A stretch of 64,000 nt of DNA from an uncultured Gammaproteobacteria bacterium (lineage in GTDB: Bacteria; Pseudomonadota; Gammaproteobacteria; Steroidobacterales; Steroidobacteraceae), in assembly GCA_963695085.1 (NCBI GenBank), contig CAVOFV010000001.1:337028-401027 (forward strand), read 5' to 3'. The position numbers and the translations under genes are program-made. This document shows, piece by piece, positions 60,889 through 64,000 of the stretch. Position 1 is the stretch's first letter, and each line of letters opens with the position of its first letter. The notes beneath the pieces are model-generated. The model was not told where the DNA came from. It saw only the letters and a program-made list of their open reading frames with translations, and did not search any database.

Positions 60889-61821
60889 CTAGGCGCCGGG
60901 TTGCGGCGTGGCCTGGCCAAAGCGCTCGCGAAAGCGCATCCAGGTATCCGCGAAGCCTAGCCCCACGACCGCCATCGGCAGCAGCGCCACGGCAACGTAG
61001 CACAACAGCAGCGGCCCGGTACCCAGCACCTGTGCATCGCGCAGCGCGTGCGCCACCGCCAGCGCCTGCAACAGGAATGCGCAGGCCAGCACGAAGAGTA
61101 CGTCCTCGGCCGGCTGCCAGGACTGCCCGGTGGCCAGCCGCGCCCCGAGGTTGACGGCCAGCGCCGCGACCGCGATCCAGGCCACGAAACTGCCGAGCCG
61201 CAGCGCGCGGAACTGCCGACCGAACAGACCCGGCTCGCGCGCCGCGCCGAACGCCCACAGCGCCATGAACAGCGCCAGCAGCGTATGCAGCATCAGCATC
61301 CACGCAGCCGTGGCCCAGGCCACGCGCGCCGTGGCAGCGCCGATCTGCTCCGGCGTGCTTTGCACACCCATTGCCGCCAGCACGCGCGCCGTCTCCTCGA
61401 GCATGGGACGCATCGCTTCCAGCGCCGGCACCAGGAGCGTGGCCGGATTGCCCAGCACCAGGTGTGCCACCAGCACCAGGCCGGCCGCCGAGAGCGCGAC
61501 CACCTGGAACACCAGGTTCAGGCTGCGGCTCGTGTTCAGCAGCCAACCCGCCAGGCACGCCGGCCCCAGCACCGCTGCCGCGAGGATCAATGCGCCGGCC
61601 ACGCCCAGCAGCGGCGCAAAGGCCCACGCGATCGGTATGGCCGCGCCGAGTGCAGCCAGCGCCGCGGCGCGCGGGCCGCCGGCCAGCAGCGCCAGCACCG
61701 TTACGGCCGCCGGCAGCCACGCAGCGACCGGCAGCGCGATCAGCGTCAGCACGGAACACGCCGCCGCCGCGAGGAAACCGCGCGTGGGCCGTGCCGTCAG
61801 CCACTCGGCAAATTTCTGCAT
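60889..61821 (-). CDS. Polytopic membrane protein of unknown function inserted between rpsR and rplI (possibly YybS/DUF2232-like by position)
   Basis: 310 aa, Ala/Leu-rich with multiple predicted TM spans. Family assignment is positional inference only. Confidence 0.6.
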   Translation of the reverse strand: MQKFAEWLTARPTRGFLAAAACSVLTLIALPVAAWLPAAVTVLALLAGGPRAAALAALGAAIPIAWAFAPLLGVAGALILAAAVLGPACLAGWLLNTSRSLNLVFQVVALSAAGLVLVAHLVLGNPATLLVPALEAMRPMLEETARVLAAMGVQSTPEQIGAATARVAWATAAWMLMLHTLLALFMALWAFGAAREPGLFGRQFRALRLGSFVAWIAVAALAVNLGARLATGQSWQPAEDVLFVLACAFLLQALAVAHALRDAQVLGTGPLLLCYVAVALLPMAVVGLGFADTWMRFRERFGQATPQPGA

Positions 61822-61857
61822 GGCGTCACCGCAGCACCGGGAAGCGGCCGCGCCGCG

Positions 61858-62082
61858 TCAGTGCTGGTCCGTGTACGGCAACAGCGCCAGGTAGCGGGCC
61901 CGCTTGATGGCCGTCGCGAGCTGCCGCTGGTAAAACGCGCTCGTGCCCGTGATGCGGCTCGGCACGATCTTGCCGGTCTCGGTGACGTAGCCCTTGAGCA
62001 TCCCGAGGTCCTTGTAGTCGACCTGCTCGATGCCCTCGGCCGTGAACTTGCAGTACTTCCTGCGGCGGAAGAAACGTGACAT
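61858..62082 (-). CDS. rpsR: 30S ribosomal protein S18
   Basis: [23 protein letters not shown]...[27 protein letters not shown]. Confidence 0.97.
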   Translation of the reverse strand: MSRFFRRRKYCKFTAEGIEQVDYKDLGMLKGYVTETGKIVPSRITGTSAFYQRQLATAIKRARYLALLPYTDQH

Positions 62083-62096
62083 GTGCCTGCCTCCCG

Positions 62097-62528
62097 TCAG
62101 TCCGCACGCGCGGCGGTTGCCCGCTCGCGGCGCGAACCGTTGTCGTCATCGCCATCGTCGTCCGAGTCGCCGTCCGAACGGTCGTCGCGGTCGCCACGGT
62201 CCTTGTCTTCCGCGGGCCTGGCCATCGCCGAGGGTTCGGTGACCGCCTGCTCCACCTTGATGATCAGGTGGCGCAACACCGCATCGCTGAAGCGGAACGC
62301 CTCGACCAGTTCATCGAGGATCTTGCCGTCGCACTCGACGTTGAGCAGGACGTAATGAGCTTTGTGGATCTTGTTGATCGGGAAGGCGAGCTGGCGTCGC
62401 CCCCAGTCCTCGAAACGATGCACGTGGCCGCCGCCCGCGCTGATCATGCCGCGGTAGCGCTCGACCATGGCCGGCACTTGCTCGCTCTGGTCCGGATGGA
62501 CGAGGAATACGATCTCGTAATGACGCAT
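62097..62528 (-). CDS. rpsF: 30S ribosomal protein S6 with extended acidic C-terminal tail
   Basis: [25 protein letters not shown]...[10 protein letters not shown]. The tail is [23 protein letters not shown]. Confidence 0.96.
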   Translation of the reverse strand: MRHYEIVFLVHPDQSEQVPAMVERYRGMISAGGGHVHRFEDWGRRQLAFPINKIHKAHYVLLNVECDGKILDELVEAFRFSDAVLRHLIIKVEQAVTEPSAMARPAEDKDRGDRDDRSDGDSDDDGDDDNGSRRERATAARAD

Positions 62529-62550
62529 CTTGGCACCTCCTTGCGGGTTT

Positions 62551-62580
62551 GCCTCCCGCGGGATGCGACCGCGGTGAGGC
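62551..62580 (-). promoter_or_regulatory. Hairpin in the rpsF 5' leader (candidate S6:S18 autoregulatory structure)
   Basis: Minus strand GCCUC-ACC-GCGG-UCGCAUC-CCGC-GG-GAGGC lies about 20 nt upstream of the Shine-Dalgarno sequence AAGGAGG. Identification with the described rpsF leader motif is unverified. Confidence 0.3.
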
Positions 62581-62695
62581 AAGGAGCATCGCGCCCACCA
62601 GGGCGCGAAAGGGTGCGTAACGTACCGGAATCGCTGGGCCTGCGCAACCCGGGCGGAGCCTGCCCCCGCAAGGAGCGGGAACCCTCCGGCCCCGG

Positions 62696-63451
62696 TCAGC
62701 CGGGCGCCTGCCTGCCCCGCTGCCGCAACGCCTCGTACAGCACGATGCCGGTGGCGACCGATACATTGAGCGATTCCACGACGCCGCGCATCGGCAGCTT
62801 GACGGTGAAATCGCAGGCCTCGCGCGTCAGGCGACGCATGCCCGATCCCTCCGCGCCGACGACGACGGCGAGCGGTCCGGTCAGGTCGGCGGCGTACAGG
62901 TCCATCTCGGCCACGCCCGCGGCCCCCACCAGCCACACGCCCGCCGCCTTCAGGCGGGCCATCGTCCTCGCCAGGTTGGTCACCTGCACAAATGGAATCG
63001 CCTCGGCGGCGCCAGCCGCGACCTTGCGGACCGCCGGGGTCAGACCCGCCGCGCGGTCTTTCGGCGCGATCACGGCCATCACGCCGGCCGCTTCAGCGGT
63101 GCGCAGACACGCCCCGAGGTTGTGCGGATCCTGCAGGCCGTCCAGAACCAGCAGCAGGACGTCACCCCCGGCCGCCGCCACGCGCGCCAGCAGTTCGTCC
63201 TCGTCCAGCGCCGGCGCCGGCGTCACCTCGGCCACCACACCCTGGTGCACGGCCGCGCCGGTCATGCGATCCAGTTCGGCCGGCGCGCACCGCCCGATGC
63301 GCACGCCCTGCGCGGCCGCGAGGTCCTGCACGGCGCGCAGGCGCGTGTCATCGCGGCCCTGCTGCAGCCACACCTGCCGCACCTGCCTTCCATGCCGTTC
63401 CAGCAGCACGCGCACCGCGTGCAGGCCGTAGACGAGATTCTCGGCGCTCAT
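62696..63451 (-). CDS. rlmB: 23S rRNA (guanosine2251-2'-O)-methyltransferase RlmB
   Basis: SpoU/TrmH blocks [37 protein letters not shown] and [17 protein letters not shown] overlap with rnr. Confidence 0.92.
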   Translation of the reverse strand: MSAENLVYGLHAVRVLLERHGRQVRQVWLQQGRDDTRLRAVQDLAAAQGVRIGRCAPAELDRMTGAAVHQGVVAEVTPAPALDEDELLARVAAAGGDVLLLVLDGLQDPHNLGACLRTAEAAGVMAVIAPKDRAAGLTPAVRKVAAGAAEAIPFVQVTNLARTMARLKAAGVWLVGAAGVAEMDLYAADLTGPLAVVVGAEGSGMRRLTREACDFTVKLPMRGVVESLNVSVATGIVLYEALRQRGRQAPG

Positions 63452-64000
63452 TGCCTGCGGGTCCCGCGGGGCCTGCCGGTCTTGCGGGTCTTGCGGGGGC
63501 CGTGCGGTTTGCGGGTCTTGCGCGCGCCGCCCGGCGTGGCGCTGGTGCCAGGCGGGCGCCGCGGGTGCCAGGCGCCGGCCAGCATTTCGACGAATTCGAA
63601 GTCGATCTTGCGCTCCGAGGAATCCACCTTCGCCAGGCGGACCCGCAATTCATCGCCGATGGTGAAACGCTGCCCGGAGCGCTCGCCGACCAGCGTCCGG
63701 TCCTCCTCGTGAAATCGGAAATAGTCGCGCGGCAGCGCCGTCACGTGCACCAGCCCATCCACCTGCAGGCCCTTGATCTGCACGAAGATGCCGAAGTCCG
63801 TGACCCCGGTCGCGACGGCCTCGAACTCCTCGCCGATCCGGTCCTTCATGAACTCGCACTTGAGAAAGGCCACGACCGAGCGCGCCGCCTCGTCCGCCTT
63901 GCGCTCGCGCATCGAGCATTCCTGCCCCAGCGTCTCCATTTCCCTGGTGGAGTGAACGAAGTCTTCGCCCGTGCCGCCGCCCAGCACATGGCGGATGGCA
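63448..64000 (-). CDS. rnr: Ribonuclease R, C-terminal part (gene continues beyond the right window edge)
   Basis: S1 domain EEFEAVATGVTDFGIFVQIKGLQVDGLVHV and a Lys/Arg-rich tail. The frame stays open to position 64000. Confidence 0.85.
   Translation of the reverse strand, partial: AIRHVLGGGTGEDFVHSTREMETLGQECSMRERKADEAARSVVAFLKCEFMKDRIGEEFEAVATGVTDFGIFVQIKGLQVDGLVHVTALPRDYFRFHEEDRTLVGERSGQRFTIGDELRVRLAKVDSSERKIDFEFVEMLAGAWHPRRPPGTSATPGGARKTRKPHGPRKTRKTGRPRGTRRQ

Noticed and set aside
62097-62230. Asp-rich low-complexity region at the 3' end of rpsF
   Set aside because: It is an in-frame acidic extension of S6, and acidic S6 tails are common. It is not a separate gene or repeat element.
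63470-63545. Short tandem decamers (gtcttgcggg gtcttgcggg ... gtttgcgg gtcttgcgcg) that could look like a repeat array
   Set aside because: They lie inside the rnr reading frame and simply encode the Lys/Arg-rich tail (RKTRKTGRPRG). There are no spacers, so this is not CRISPR-like.

Overview
This GC-rich window is almost fully coding, and nearly every gene is recognisable core housekeeping with gammaproteobacterial synteny. The lineage looks like a Xanthomonadales/Nevskiales-type gammaproteobacterium, but that is inference. From left to right it holds:
- two tandem RND efflux permeases
- a DUF1249 gene plus a coiled-coil gene
- ppsR/ppsA
- orn/rsgA
- recR-ybaB-dnaX-ffs (SRP RNA)
- tRNA-Ser(GGA)
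- dapA with a mini-lipoprotein
- gcvR-bcp
- a PIN-PhoH ATPase
- bepA
- a complete Mla lipid-transport locus (mlaA plus mlaFEDCB), preceded by a class I aldolase
- an Rrf2-regulated sufBCDS-sufU-sufT operon
- putA
- a LysR regulator divergent from a tyrosine-phenol-lyase-like gene
- a run of small accessory-looking genes (HlyIII, Nudix, DUF481, YhhQ, cupin)
- hslR, kbl-tdh, sppA
- rpsP-rimM-trmD-rplS
- ffh/ypjD-corB
- radA
- a Hanks-kinase/PP2C/FHA cassette
- DUF302-alr-dnaB-rplI-(membrane protein)-rpsR-rpsF
- rlmB-rnr

I found no integrase, transposase, phage gene, CRISPR array, toxin-antitoxin pair or recognisable defence system. I cannot point to a convincing novel multi-gene system, so this reads as an ordinary core region. 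The most noteworthy items are:
- the orphan kinase/phosphatase/FHA cassette, which contains a sharp AT-rich patch
- an uncharacterised coiled-coil protein coupled to DUF1249
- a decayed duplicate of the tRNA-Ser locus
- an 87-aa BamC-lasso-like lipoprotein
- a TPL-like lyase under a LysR regulator
- a Firmicute-style SufU/SufT SUF operon

All functional calls come from motifs read in the supplied translations and from remembered family knowledge. No searches were run.
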